Source: Octopus sinensis (lineage: Eukaryota). Taken from it: a stretch of 64,000 nt of DNA. Below the pieces are notes generated by a model, which ran no database searches, had not been told where the DNA came from, and saw only the letters and a list, made by a program, of their open reading frames with translations. Both the position numbers and the translations under genes were made by a program. The stretch spans positions 83,948,001 through 84,012,000 of the forward strand of contig NC_043003.1 of assembly GCF_006345805.1 (NCBI RefSeq). The letters run 5' to 3'. Positions 39,360 through 52,029 of the stretch are shown piece after piece; the stretch's first letter is position 1; every line of letters starts with the position of its first letter.

Positions 39360-39866
39360 AGAGGGGGAGAGAGAGGAAGGGAGAGAGAGGAAGAGAGAGA
39401 GAGAAAGGGAGAGAGGAGGGGAGAGAGAGGAAGGGAGAGAGAGAGAGAGGGATAGAGAGAAAGGGAGAGAGAGAGGAAGGGAGAGAGAGGAAGGGGAGAG
39501 AGAGGGAGGAAGGGGAGATAGGGAGGAAGGGGAGAGAGAGGAAGGGGGAGAGAGAGGAAGGGAGAGAGAGAGAGGAAGAGAGAGAGAGAGGAAGAGAGAG
39601 AGAGAGAGGAAGGGAGAGAGAGAGGAAGGAGAGAGAGAGGAAGGGAGAGAGAGAGGAAGGAAGAGAGAGAAAAGAAGGAAGAGAGAGAAAAGAAGGAAGA
39701 GAGAGAGAGAGGAAGGGAGAGAGAGAGAGGAAGAGAGAGAGAGAGGAAGAGAGAGAGAGAGAGGAAGGGAGAGAGAGAGGAAGGGAGAGAGAGAGAGGAA
39801 GGAAGAGAGAGAAAAGAAGAAGAGAGAGAGAGAGGAAGGGAGAGAGAGGAAGGGAGAGAGAGAGAG
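39360..39866. repeat. About 500-bp almost pure purine tract (GA/GGAA variants)
   Basis: Composition seen directly. Confidence 0.95.
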
Positions 39867-40232
39867 GTGGTTTTATATTAGGTGCTGAGAGGTTAAAGTA
39901 CGAGGGAAATGTGAACAGGGTTTTTGTTGTAAAGGAGGTACATGGCTACATTGCATTATATAAAGGTGGGTGTGGACAATTGGGGTAGAACCCTGAATGA
40001 GAAATTTAAAAAATGGTGGTGATGAGATGTGGATGTACAAGAAGGTGAACAGAAGTTGCAAGAGTGTGTGCATGGAGAGTGAAAGATGGTTAGAGATGAG
40101 AACAGGGATGAATATAGCGAATGATGAATAAGGGCAGAGGAGTGGTCAAAGGTAAATAAGAATTGGAGGAAAAGAGAAGAGAAGAGATGATGATGACGGA
40201 CAGTACAGAAAGTACATCAAAAGAATAATAAT

Positions 40233-41062
40233 AATGCCCTGATGCACTACTGAAGGTGGAAATGCCCCGATGCCATACCAGACAGTGGAAATGCCCCCGA
40301 TGCCATACCAGACAGTGGAAATGCCCCTGATGCTGTACCAGACAGTGCAAATGCCCCCGATGCTATACCAGACAGTGCAAATGCCCCTGATGCCGTACCA
40401 GACAGTGCAAATGCCCCTGATGCCGTACCAGACAGTGCAAATGCCCCTGATGCCGTACCAGACAGTGCAAATGCCCCTGATGCCATACCAGACAGTGCAA
40501 ATGCCCCTGATGCCATACCAGATAGTGCAAATGCTCCTGATGCTATACCAGACAGTGCAAATGCTCCTGATGCCGTACCAGACAGTGCAAATGCCTCTGA
40601 TGCCGTACCAGACAGTGCAAATGCCTCTGATGCCGTACCAGACAGTGCAAATGCCCCTGATGCCGTACCAGACAGTGCAAATGCCTCTGATGCCGTACCA
40701 GACAGTGCAAATGCCCCTGATGCCGTACCAGACAGTGCAAATGCCTCTGATGCCGTACCAGATAGTGCAAATGCCCCTGATGCTGTACCAGACAGTGCAA
40801 ATGCCCCTGATGCCGTACCAGACAGTGCAAATGCCCCCGATGCCGTACCAGACAGTGCAAATGCCCCTGATGCCGTACCAGACAGTGGAAATGCCCTGAT
40901 GCAGTACCAGACAGTGGAAATGTCTCAATGACGTACCAGACAGTGGAAATGTCTCAATGACGTACCAGACAGTGGAAATGCCCCAATGACATACCAGACA
41001 GTGGATATGCCCTGATGCAGTACCTGACAGTGGATATACCCTGATGCACTACCAGACAGTGG
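40233..41062. repeat. Minisatellite, 29-30-bp unit (CAGACAGTGCAAATGCCCCTGATGCCGTAC), about 28 copies
   Basis: Visible periodicity; gives the (MPYQTVQMPL)n pseudo-ORF. Confidence 0.97.
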
Positions 41063-41169
41063 CTCACATGGCTTCTGTTCTTAACTGACTGGAAGTGTTA
41101 TCATGTACATTGTTTTGTCTTGGTATAAAAGATGGGCTACAACAAATATTCTGCTCAATATCACATATT

Positions 41170-41700
41170 ATGCTTTAGTTTAGCCTTGATGGTTGCATAT
41201 CAAAGCAGCCTTCTCTCTTGCACACTACATTTGATTCACCTTATGCTCAACTTTTCTCACTCTACTTGTACTTCAGTATTCATCCACACTGATGTTGCAT
41301 GTCCTGCAGAGGATGCTAGCTTCATTTCTTTTGAGCCTTTATTAGTCTTCTGCATGCAAGACCCATGCCTCACTACCATGTAAGCATTAAATTTCACTCA
41401 TAAGCATCATACGCTGTCTTTCATTCTAAGAGAGAAAACTTTTCAATAACAACATAGGTAATAGCTCTCTGAATTTTCTCTCGTCTGTTCTTATTCTAGC
41501 AACTATACTTTCAGATCATTCTTCCTCAGTGCTAATTAGGTCACACTTGTAACAAAAGCTGTCTACTACTACCAAGAATCCAGTTGGGCATTTGAGAAAA
41601 TTCATTTTCTGTGTGTCATTAGAGTTTATTGTACATGCACATCTGCCATGTACAAAGTCTACTTCCTCTGTTAACCTGTTTGTGATACTGCTGCACCTGT
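41170..41700 (-). mobile_element. Inverted fragment of the same RTE-type LINE
   Basis: The reverse complement of about 41510-41680 aligns by eye to 33430-33600. Confidence 0.5.
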
Positions 41701-42339
41701 ATAGTTACATATATATATGCAAGCATATATGTGTTTCATGAAATATTTGATGGAGTCAATTGACAGTTATTAAACATGAAACCATTGTCATCCATGAAGA
41801 TGATCAGCTTCTCATGTACTGCTACACAAACATAGAACCCCACCCAAGTGCACTACAATATAGACCAAATCCCTGCATCCCAACCCTAACTCTTAGCTTT
41901 CATTTGCAGTACATTCTTTTCACTTGTTTATTTAACTACAAATGATATTTAATACACACATTTTTTGTGAGGAAATTCTAGCTTTGCTCATTAACGAATG
42001 AGTTAATTTGATATTCAAGTCTAGAAAAATTAATAAAATAAATTTAAAAAATAGCAATATCAATTTAGTATACATTTACTCTCAAATTATATTGCTTAAA
42101 TTATACATACACACACAGATACAAACAAATATAAACATACACATATATAAATATCTATCTATGCATACATGTATATGTACATGCATGCACACACACACAC
42201 ACACACACACACATGTATATTCAAACACATATGCACACATGTACATCCATACTACAACCATTTAATATATAAATTTTGAAGAAAGAGGTAGAACAGACAT
42301 GAGAGAGAGGGAGGGAGGGAGATTATATATATACAGGCA

Positions 42340-42372
42340 GGCAGGCAGACAGGCAGACAGACAGACAGAGTC

Positions 42373-42423
<51 letters not shown>

Positions 42424-42426
42424 TAA

Positions 42427-42479
<53 letters not shown>

Positions 42480-42570
42480 TAGACAGATAGACAGACAGAC
42501 AGACAGATAGATAGACAGATAGACAGACAGAGAAACAGACAGACAGACAGACAGACAGACAGATAGATAG
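42340..42570. repeat. (CAGA)n/(GATA)n microsatellite
   Basis: Seen directly. Confidence 0.95.
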
Positions 42571-44124
42571 ATAGAGTGGTACAGAGTGGTACAGAGTGCA
42601 ATGTTAGTAGCTGCAGTATAAAGGAGTGCATGTGAAGCAGTAAGAAATATGAGGAATGGAGTGTGGTAGTGGCAAATAGGAGGTGATGGTGGTGAGTAGT
42701 GGTAGGAGCTACAATGGGGGGGGGGAATAGTGCAGTTAGTGACAACAGTGGTAGTAGCAGTAGTGTTGTTGTTGTTGGTGCAGGTGTTGGTAATTGTGGT
42801 GACAGTAATAGTAGTAGTAGTGATAGTGATGGTAGTAGTAGCAGTAGTAGTAGTAGTAGCAGCAGCAGTGCAATGAAGTGAGTAAAAGCTAAAGAATTCA
42901 GTGAAATAGTCAAAGTAGGTTAGAGAACAACTGTGTTCCAGTAAATTCCTTGCAAGAAGAGATTTATTTGACTTCAGAATCAATATTTCAGCTTTTCTTC
43001 TTCCTCCTCCTCCATTTGCAACTCTCTCTCTCTCTCCACCCCCTCTCTCTCTCTCTCTTTCCCCCCTCTCTCTCTCATCCATTCTTATCATTTCTCCCCT
43101 TACTCCCACTCATTCTCAATCACTCTTCTCACCACAATCCACATTAATACAGGAAGGCTCAGTCTGTTACATTTATTATCAACCTCTCCATCTTATTCTC
43201 TTTCTTTCCTCATTCTTTCTTTCCTTCTCTAACAACCCTCCCTCTCTTTCTTCTTACTTTTCTTATACCCCACTCCACCTCCCTTCCTGCTCATTCTCTT
43301 TCCCTTCACCCCTCTCACATGCATTCACCCCTCTCACATGCATTCACCCCTCTCTCTCCTCCTCCTCCTCCTTTTGTCTATTCCTCTCATTTTATTCTTC
43401 ACCCCCCCCCCGGCATATTCATTCCTTCGTTTTTTCCTTTTCTCTCTCTCTCATAGTATTTTAAGGTGTGTGTGTGTGTATTTTCCAACACAGTGGTACA
43501 CCATATACACAAGCACCTGTGCATACACACAATCAAGCACTCATGCATACATTTACATTCATATTAACAAACATGCATACACACACATGTATACAAGTAT
43601 ATACACATGTTCGCAAAAAATATTCCCATATAAGTCTACTTAGATATAAGCATATTAACATACAAATAGGTATAAAGCACTGGTGCATATACAAAACCCA
43701 TTAAATAAATACATAGGTCATCATTAAGATCATCCTTTTTATATCCATTTTCCCATGCTTGCAAGGGCAAGAGCATGCCTGTCAATATTGAAGTTTGTGA
43801 TTCCCAGCATTTGACAGAAGGAAAGGCAATGGTTGCAAGCAGGCGCCATAGTAAAATCTCAGATTAAAACATGATACACACACACACAGACACACACACT
43901 CCTTTCTTCTGTAGGCACAAGGTCTGAAAATTCGAGGGAGAGGATTGGTTGATCATATCAACCTTGGTGTTCAACAGGGTACTTATTTTCCAACACAGTG
44001 ACGCACCATATACACAAGCACCTGTGCATACATACATTCAAGCACTAATGCTACCACTGCTTGACAACTGGTGTTGGTGAGTTTACATCCTTGTAACTTA
44101 AACAGTTTGGCAAGAAAGACCATA

Positions 44125-44304
44125 GGCGCAGGAGTGGCTGTGTGGTAAGTAGCTTGTTTACCAACCACATGGTTCCGGGTTCAGTCCCACTGCGTGGAAC
44201 CTTGGGCAAGTGTCTTCTACTATAGCCTCGGGCCGACCAAATCCTTGTGAGTGGATTTGGTAGATGGAAACTGAAAGAAGCCCGTCGTATATATATATAT
44301 ATAT

Positions 44305-44339
<35 letters not shown>

Positions 44340-44545
44340 TTGTGTGTCTGTGTTTGTCCCCCTAGCATTGCTTGACAACCGATGCTGGTGTGTTTATGTC
44401 CCCGTTACTTAGCGGTTCGGCAAAAGAGACCGATAGAATAAGTACTGGGCTTACAAAGAATAAGTCCCGGGGTCGAGTTGCTCGATTAAAGGCGGTGCTC
44501 CAGCATAGCCGCAGTCAAATGACTGAAACAAGTAAAAGAGTAAAA
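44125..44545 (+). mobile_element. SINE family B, full-length young copy
   Basis: Near-identical to 6443-6850; CpGs intact. Confidence 0.88.
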
Positions 44546-45079
44546 GAGAGAGAGAGAATAAGTACTAGGCTTTAAAAAACAAGTCCTAGTGTTGATTTGT
44601 ACAACTAAAACTCAATGTGGTGCCCCAGCATGGTCGCTGTCAAATGACTGAAACAAGTAAAAGATATATATATATATATATACACACACATAGATACAGC
44701 ATGGCTGAGATAGGTCCAGGCAAGGCTATGTGGTCAAGAAATCTGTTTAACAACAATGTGGTTTGGGGATTGATTCCATTGTGTGGAACTTTGGAAGTGT
44801 CTTCTACTATAACATCAGACAAATAATGTCTTGTTGTACCTGTATTTCAAGGAGCCAGTCTTGTCACATTCTGTGTTGTTGAATCTCCCTAACAACTACG
44901 TTAAGGGTATGCATGTCTGTGGAGTACTCAGCCACTTGCATGTTAATTTCACAAGCAGGCTGCTCCATTGATCAAATAAACTGGAACATATTGTCATAGC
45001 TGATGAAGTCCCAGTGTATATAACAAATAAGCTTGAACTACTTTTCAACCTGCTCAATTATGCCACAGGAAAAGAGTAA

Positions 45080-46030
45080 TGAGATCTCCAAGAGGTTTGA
45101 GCAAGAGGTGTAGAGAAACCATGGTATAGCAGGAGGATGAAACTCAGCCAATGAGGAGCCTGGAATAAGTCAATATACAGTACCAGAACACCTCTTTGTT
45201 GGATCTCTGATAAACTGTCATCCAGTGTAAAAAATTTCTAGTCCAAGCTGTCTAGAACATGTTACCAAGTCTGACAAATCTTCACACATGGGGTAGGAGT
45301 GAAGCACCTTCCTGTTCCTTGTGTACTGTAATAGGGTCCCTTCAACAGCTTCACAGCAGCTAATCCAGGGCTTTGACTGATGGTGACTACTGATGGTAAC
45401 AAGATCAGATGCTCAAGATGTCATAGAGAGAGGTGGTATCAAGAGCTATTCAGTCCAGTAAACATCATGACAGGAAGGAGGCCATCACTTTTCTCAAAGC
45501 TGCAGAGAAACCTACTTCACTGAAACATCAATGACTATGCCTCCTTTCCTTAGCCTGAGATTGGCAGCTGAGTGTGGGGCTCATGGAACATTTATTTACC
45601 TCAGAGCATATGATACTAACAACACTCCCCTGTCAGATATGGTGGTCATCTCAAATTTCTTGAACTAGTTAATCATGAGGGAAATGACTATGCCATGAGA
45701 AGTGCACATAGAGGAAGCTCATGAAAGAAAGCTTGCCAAAAATCAGGAGCTGGTAGGGGAGTGTAGAAGTCAAGACTGTTGAGATTTTGTTGGGGAAAGA
45801 TCTAATTGGGTTTGGTGTTACTGGTGCAGCAAAGACAAGAGCCATACATTGCATCAGCAAAACTGCAGAGGAGGCCACCAAAGGGGTCTGGATTAAAAGA
45901 AGCAGACTGTTACTTTGTTGCTATGGGGATGAAAGCTGGGGCAACTGGGTGAGAGATGTCTGATGTTGAAAACCCCAGATCCTCTAAGATCCCAGAATCA
46001 TCACTGATGATTCAATCCAGGCTATTAGGG
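45080..46030 (+). mobile_element. HERO-like (R2-group, restriction-like endonuclease) non-LTR retroelement, 3' fragment
   Basis: Hand-translated remnants: FLVQAV*NMLPSLTNLHTWGRSEAPSCSLC (CCHC region), PDMVVIS, IEEAHERKLAKNQELVGECR and AEEATKGVWIKR. Confidence 0.72.
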
Positions 46031-46759
46031 AGGTCTATGTTAGAGCTATTTAAGATAAATGAATATATATATATATAAAATATATGTACATACATGCACA
46101 TATTTAGTATGTATTTAATATAAATTTAATTATATATATATATAATTATATATATAATGTAGTGTAATATATGACAAAGCATAATATATATGCATGTAAA
46201 GTAATATATATATATAATGTATGCATGCATTAGATATATATTACACAATAGATATAGTGTGTGTGTGTATACACACACATATACACATATATTAAATATA
46301 TTGCATAACATACATGCTCTCCCTCACTCTCATACATAAGTGTGTAGGTGTGTGTGTGTGTGTGTGTATGCCGATTAATGTGTGGAGACCAAATACGATG
46401 TAAATGTAACACTTATTGAACAGCTATCTATTAAATAAAGAAATAAAGTAACCAGGAGAAAGAGAATGAGGAAGAATAACAGAAAAACCCCATGAGAAGA
46501 GTAAATTGAATGAAAGAAAGAAAGAAAGAAAGAAAAGCAAAGGCTGAAATGAGAAAGGATGCACAATACACATACAGACAGACAAAAATTAAAATATATA
46601 TATATATATATTTATGTAAAAACATAATGGAATTCCAAATGTAACAGTTCCATAGAGCCTCTACCATTCTTACTTTATTCCATAAAGCTATTTTCCTTCC
46701 AACCCTGTACCCTATTTATCTATCATTATATGTATTAAATTGTTCTTGTTACTCTTTGT

Positions 46760-47800
46760 ATTGCTGTTTGTTGTGGTTGTTGTTGTTGTTGGAACTGTTT
46801 TTTGTTACCACTGCTATGATCATCATTGTCATCATCATCATCGTCATCATCATCATTGTGGCCATTATTGTTATTTTTGTTATTTATATTTTTTTTTTAG
46901 TTTGTCTAAATGAATTCATTTCATACAATTGACTTTCTATGAAGTGCAGAGAGAGAGAGGTGGAGTGGAGATACAGAATGATACTGAAGAGAGATTTAAA
47001 TATCTATATATTAGAGGCAACACTTGATTATGAAGATGATGACGATTATGTGGACGTGTGTGTGAGAGGAGGAAACAGGAGATAATATTATGATGAGGTT
47101 AATGGTAGCAATTATGTGAATGGAGGTAGTGGTGGTGGTGGTGGTAAGGGATTTTGATGGTGAAAGCAATAAGGGATGATACTTGCAATGATGGTAGTGG
47201 TGGTGGTGGCAGTGCTTGTAATAGCAAATGGCAATGATGAAAATGATGGTGATAATGGTGATGTAGAAGGCTGTGAGAATAATGATGATGGTGATGGTAG
47301 TGAAATCAATGATGGTTGTGGTGATGAAGAGTAGAATAATGGCAGAAGTGCTGGTGGTAGAGGCATTGGCAGTGTTGTTTGTGTTGTTGTCAGTAGTGGT
47401 ATTGTTGTTGTTGATGGTGGAGTGTTGATGGCAATGGTATTATTGGTGATGGTGATGTTAGTGTTAATGGTGTTGGTGGTATTGTTAGTGGTGATGTTGG
47501 TGGTAGTAGTGTTGTTGTGGTGATGGTAGTGTTGGTGTTGTTGTTGTTAGTGTTGGTGGTATTGTTAGTGGTGATGATAGTGGTAGTAGTGTTGTTGTTG
47601 TTAATGGTGGCAGAGGTGGTGATGCTGATGGTAGTGTTGGCAGTATTGATGTTGTTGTTGTTAGTGGTAGCGATGCTAGTGAAGGTGATGATGTTAGTGT
47701 TGGTGGTATTGTTAGTGGTAGTAGTTAGTGATGGTGTCTGTTGATGGTGGTGGTGGTGTTAGCAGAGGTGATGATGGAGGCAGTGATGGACAGTGTCAAC
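46760..47800. repeat. About 1-kb cryptic trinucleotide tract (GTT/GGT/GAT/GTA)
   Basis: Low-complexity triplet sequence without splice-supported coding signal. Confidence 0.85.
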
Positions 47801-47849
47801 AATGATGATTGTGGTACTCTTGGCAATTGTGCTACTATTTCTTATTTCT

Positions 47850-48075
47850 TAATTGCCCACAAGGGGCAAAAAATAGAGGAAACAAACAAGGACAGACAAA
47901 GGGAAGAAGTCGATTATATCGACCCCAGTGCATAACTGGCACTTAATTTATCAACCTCGAAAGGATGAAAGGCAAAGTCGACCTCGGCGGAATTTGAACT
48001 CAGAACATAATGGCAGATGAAATACCGCAAATCATTTCGCCGAGCACGCTAACGTTTCTGCCAACTCACCACCTT
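47850..48075 (-). mobile_element. SINE family A, full-length young copy
   Basis: The reverse complement matches 27183-27415 closely. Confidence 0.88.
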
Positions 48076-49249
48076 AATTGTGGTACTATTTCTTTCAGAT
48101 AGAGTGCTCATATAGAGGCTCCCCACAATTCATGCACAACAGTATTAAACAGAAAAGGATTTTATTTTCCTTTTGGTTGGGAAGTCAGATTCAGACAATA
48201 TTCCCAGTATATCTGGTATCAATTTGCACCAAATCAATTGGCCCAACAGGAACAGCCGAAACGACCAGCCAACCATGCCAGCATGGGAAACAGATGTCAA
48301 ACACTAATGATGAAGATCACAATTATGATGATGCAGGCACAGATGTGGTTGTGTAGTTGGAAGTTTGCTCCTAAACACATTGTTCCAGGTTCAGTCCCAC
48401 TGTGTGGCACCTTGAGCAAGTGTCTTCTACTACAGCTTTGAGCTGACCAAAGCCTTGTGAATGGATTTGGTAGATAGAAACTGAAGGAAGCTCACTGTGT
48501 GCATATATACATGTGTGTGTGTGTTTTCCACACTGCTGTAGGTGTGTTTACATCCCTGTAATGTAGCAGTTTAGCAAAAGAGACTGATAAAATAAATACC
48601 AGTCTTTACAAAAACTAATAAAGTACAGGGGTTGATTCATTCAACTAAAATTCCACAAGGCGGCTCCAGCATGGTCGCAGTCTGATGACTGAAAGAAGTA
48701 AAAGATAAAATATATATTAAGCCAACTTCCATACAGTTTCTGTCTATAAAATCCCACTCACAAGATATTAGTCAGGCCTAGGTTATAATAGAAGACATTT
48801 ACCCAAGGTGTCATGCAGTGAGATTGAACCCAGAGTCATGTTATTGGGAAGGAAACTTCTTAACCACATAGCCATGACAAACTATTTAACTTGTGAGATT
48901 GGTAGCATTATCATCATTCAAGGTCTGTTCTCTGTGCTGGTATAGGTTGGATGGTTTGGGAGGAGCTGGCCAGCTGAAGAGCTGCCTGGGATCCTTGTCT
49001 GTTTTGAAATGGTTTCTATGGCTGGATGCCCTTCCTAATGCTAACCACTCTACAGAGTGTTCAGGGTGCTTTTACATAGCACTGGGATGGGTGATTTTAT
49101 GTGGGATCAGCACCTGCAAGCCTGCAAATTTAGGGTCGTTCAGCTGAAGAGGGGCAACTGGTAGCATGACTTCAAACTTATAACTGACAGTCCAGTTGAT
49201 TAAAAAGAAATAATTAGGCAAGTATTAAAATGTAATTAAGTTAACTTAC

Positions 49250-49409
49250 AAAGACATTGAGTCCTCTGGCGCACATGTTCTTCTTGGATGTATTGAACAC
49301 ATATCGATTAGTGGGATCAGATGAGAGGTGAGCAATGACAAGAAACAGTGTTCCCAGCACAAACATGATGACCACAACACCAATAACTGTGAACTCCATG
49401 AACCACCAA
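49250..49409 (-). CDS. M6: Proteolipid/M6-family gene, exon equivalent to DM20 exon 3A (TM2 and intracellular loop): WWFMEFTVIGVVVIMFVLGTLFLVIAHLSSDPTNRYVFNTSKKNMCARGLNVF
   Basis: 160 nt. Acceptor ttttttctattttcag, donor gtaagt. Starts phase 2 and ends phase 0, joining the next exon in frame. A hydrophobic TM followed by a loop ending C-x-R matches the PLP/M6 TM2-loop pattern. Confidence 0.92.
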
Positions 49410-49461
49410 CTGAAAATAGAAAAAATAACAAATATTAGATATCATTTAAAATATATATGTA

Positions 49462-49497
<36 letters not shown>

Positions 49498-50503
49498 ATT
49501 TAACATCTGCCTTACATGCTGGCATGGGTGGGTGTATATACATATATATATAAATAAAGGTGAGCTGATGGAATTGTTAGCATGCTGGGCAAAATTCTCA
49601 GTGGCATTTTGGCCATCATTAGGTTTTCTGAGTTAAAATTCTACTGAGGTTGACTTTCTCTTTCATCTTTGCTGTACCAGTTGAGCAATGGGGTTGATGT
49701 AATTGGCTTGCTCATTTCCCCAAAAGTGCTGGTCTTGTGCCAAAATTGGAAGCCAATACGTGTGTGTGTGTGTGTTTGTGTGTACAGGCACACACTATAT
49801 AATATCATACACATGTTAGTTTAAAATCTGTATGTTCTTTAGATTTTGAAAAAAATAATCCATTGTATCTTAGAATGCTATTGAGCATTAAATAAAAGCC
49901 CTTTTGCCTAAATCACTTCCAGAATATTTCTGGTCTCGGAAACCTCAAAACAGAATTTTGTTCCTTATTTTATCAATGCAGGTAAGTAAATTCTCTCAAC
50001 TGGCATAAATGAAATAAGATAAAACATGCACGCACAGTCAAATGCATTTGAAACTCAAACATATAGACAAGCGTTATCACATATACAGACAAAACAGATG
50101 AAAACAGACATACATATAAATGAAAAAAAAAAGACATGTGAAATACATGATATCTGTCTGTCCGTTTATATGAAATGATAACTTCTATGTTTTTAAAACA
50201 ATTGTTATCAGTCGCGTTCACCTAAAAAAGCATCCTTAAGTGCTAACAAAAAGCAGTTTTCACTATATAAGTATAATATACATATCATCATCATCGTTTA
50301 GCATCCACTTTCCATGCTAGCATGGGTTGGATTAACTAGCATCGGTTTGTACAAAGTATGAGCATCTAGTTGTTTGGTCAAGTGGACGAGCTTCTTGTTG
50401 AAGTGACATGCAAAGTGGTTGAGTATTTCATAGCACACATGTACCTTTAACATAATTCTCAAGCACAATCTATATGGCACAGTGTGATAAGGCTAGACCT
50501 TAA

Positions 50504-50731
50504 TAACATTCTTAAAATTTTATTTGCATTTTAATGACCCATTATAAAATTAGATAACACACACAGCCACACACGTACACACTTATCAACAAATAGTTTA
50601 CATCGTTTACTTTAGTCATGAAGTCTGAGATTTGATTTTGCTGCTTTGTATCTTGAATAAATATTTTGGACAGAATCAGTGTAGAAGCCCCGTTGGATAG
50701 ACTCATCATCATCATCATCATCACGCTAAAC

Positions 50732-50790
<59 letters not shown>

Positions 50791-50989
50791 GTCTATCCAA
50801 TGGGGCTTCTACACTGATTCTGTCCAAAATATTTATTCAAGATACAAAGCAGCAAAATCAAATCTCAGACTTCATGACTAAAGTAAACGATGTAAACTAT
50901 TTGTTGATAAGTGTGTACGTGTGTGGCTGTGTGTGTTATCTAATTTTATAGTGGGTCATTAAAATGCAAATAAAATTTTAAGAATGTTA
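50504..50989. repeat. Long inverted repeat: 220-bp arms (50504-50723 / 50770-50989), 2 mismatches, 46-nt spacer
   Basis: Direct base-by-base comparison. The identical ORFs at 50542-50724(-) and 50733-50951(+) in the track reflect it. Confidence 0.97.
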
Positions 50990-51369
50990 AAAAAATGTAT
51001 ATCTGTTACAAATGATATAAACAGTGCATCTAGAATTAGATATTTATGCAGGATTATCATGATTTTTTTGTAATCAATTACTCAATGAATCATTATGTCC
51101 TGGGCAATGCTAACTATCTTAATTATATATATATAAAATATAAATTAAGGATAAAACCACTCTTATGCAACTCAAACAGTGATAGACATAAACCAAAACA
51201 TAAATAACAAATAAAATATATTTTTATAAAACATATAACTAGATAACATATATAACATATAACTTGAGTTGAATTATAGTGGTTTTATCTCTAATTTATA
51301 TATTTATATTGTGAAATTTGATTTAATACTAAATTGAAATTTTCCCTGTAAGTTTGGAGTTATACTCCC

Positions 51370-51410
<41 letters not shown>

Positions 51411-52029
51411 TATTTTGGTCAAGTGAACAGGGGGAATAATAAATTTTAGTTTGGTTTAGTCCCATAGACCTGTACATACAAACACACTCATACACAGAGT
51501 ATTGATGGTACAACTATGTTCTACTTTCTGTTCATTTCTTTGATCTGCTAAATGTCTATGTATGCCACTTTAAAGCAGACTGGTCAGAGACATCTACAAT
51601 AGTGAAGCATACAAAAGACAGTCTGGATACTGACATAGCTAGCAAAAGGTCAGCAAGTCACAGGAGAATCAGCTAAGTGAACTAAGTCATTTTTATCCTA
51701 GTGGCTGAGTAATTAAGAAGTTTGTTTCTTAACCATGTAACCACAAGGTTTCAAGTTTAGTCCCACAGCAAGACATCTTGGGCTAGTAAGTGTTGTCTAC
51801 TAGAGCGCTGGGCCAATCGAAACCTTGTCAGTGGATTTGGTAGATGGAGACTGAAAAACCTCATTGTATGTGCATGAGTGCCTGATTGAGTGAATTATTG
51901 TGAGTATGTAGTGTGTGTGTTGTGGGTGTGCGTGGTGTGGGTGCACACGTTGTGGGCACATGTTGTGTGCATGTGGGTGTGTTTGCCATGGGTGTGTGTG
52001 TGTTTGCTGTGGGTATGTGTGGGTGTGCT

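Noticed and set aside
40146-40928. Long ORFs on both strands (260 aa, 209 aa)
   Set aside because: Artefacts of a 30-bp stop-free minisatellite; no splice or protein-family evidence.
40233-41062. CRISPR-like periodic array
   Set aside because: Units are contiguous with no unique spacers, there are no cas genes, and the context is eukaryotic.
42252-43109. 285-aa ORF
   Set aside because: Concatenated microsatellites (GA, CAGA, trinucleotides).
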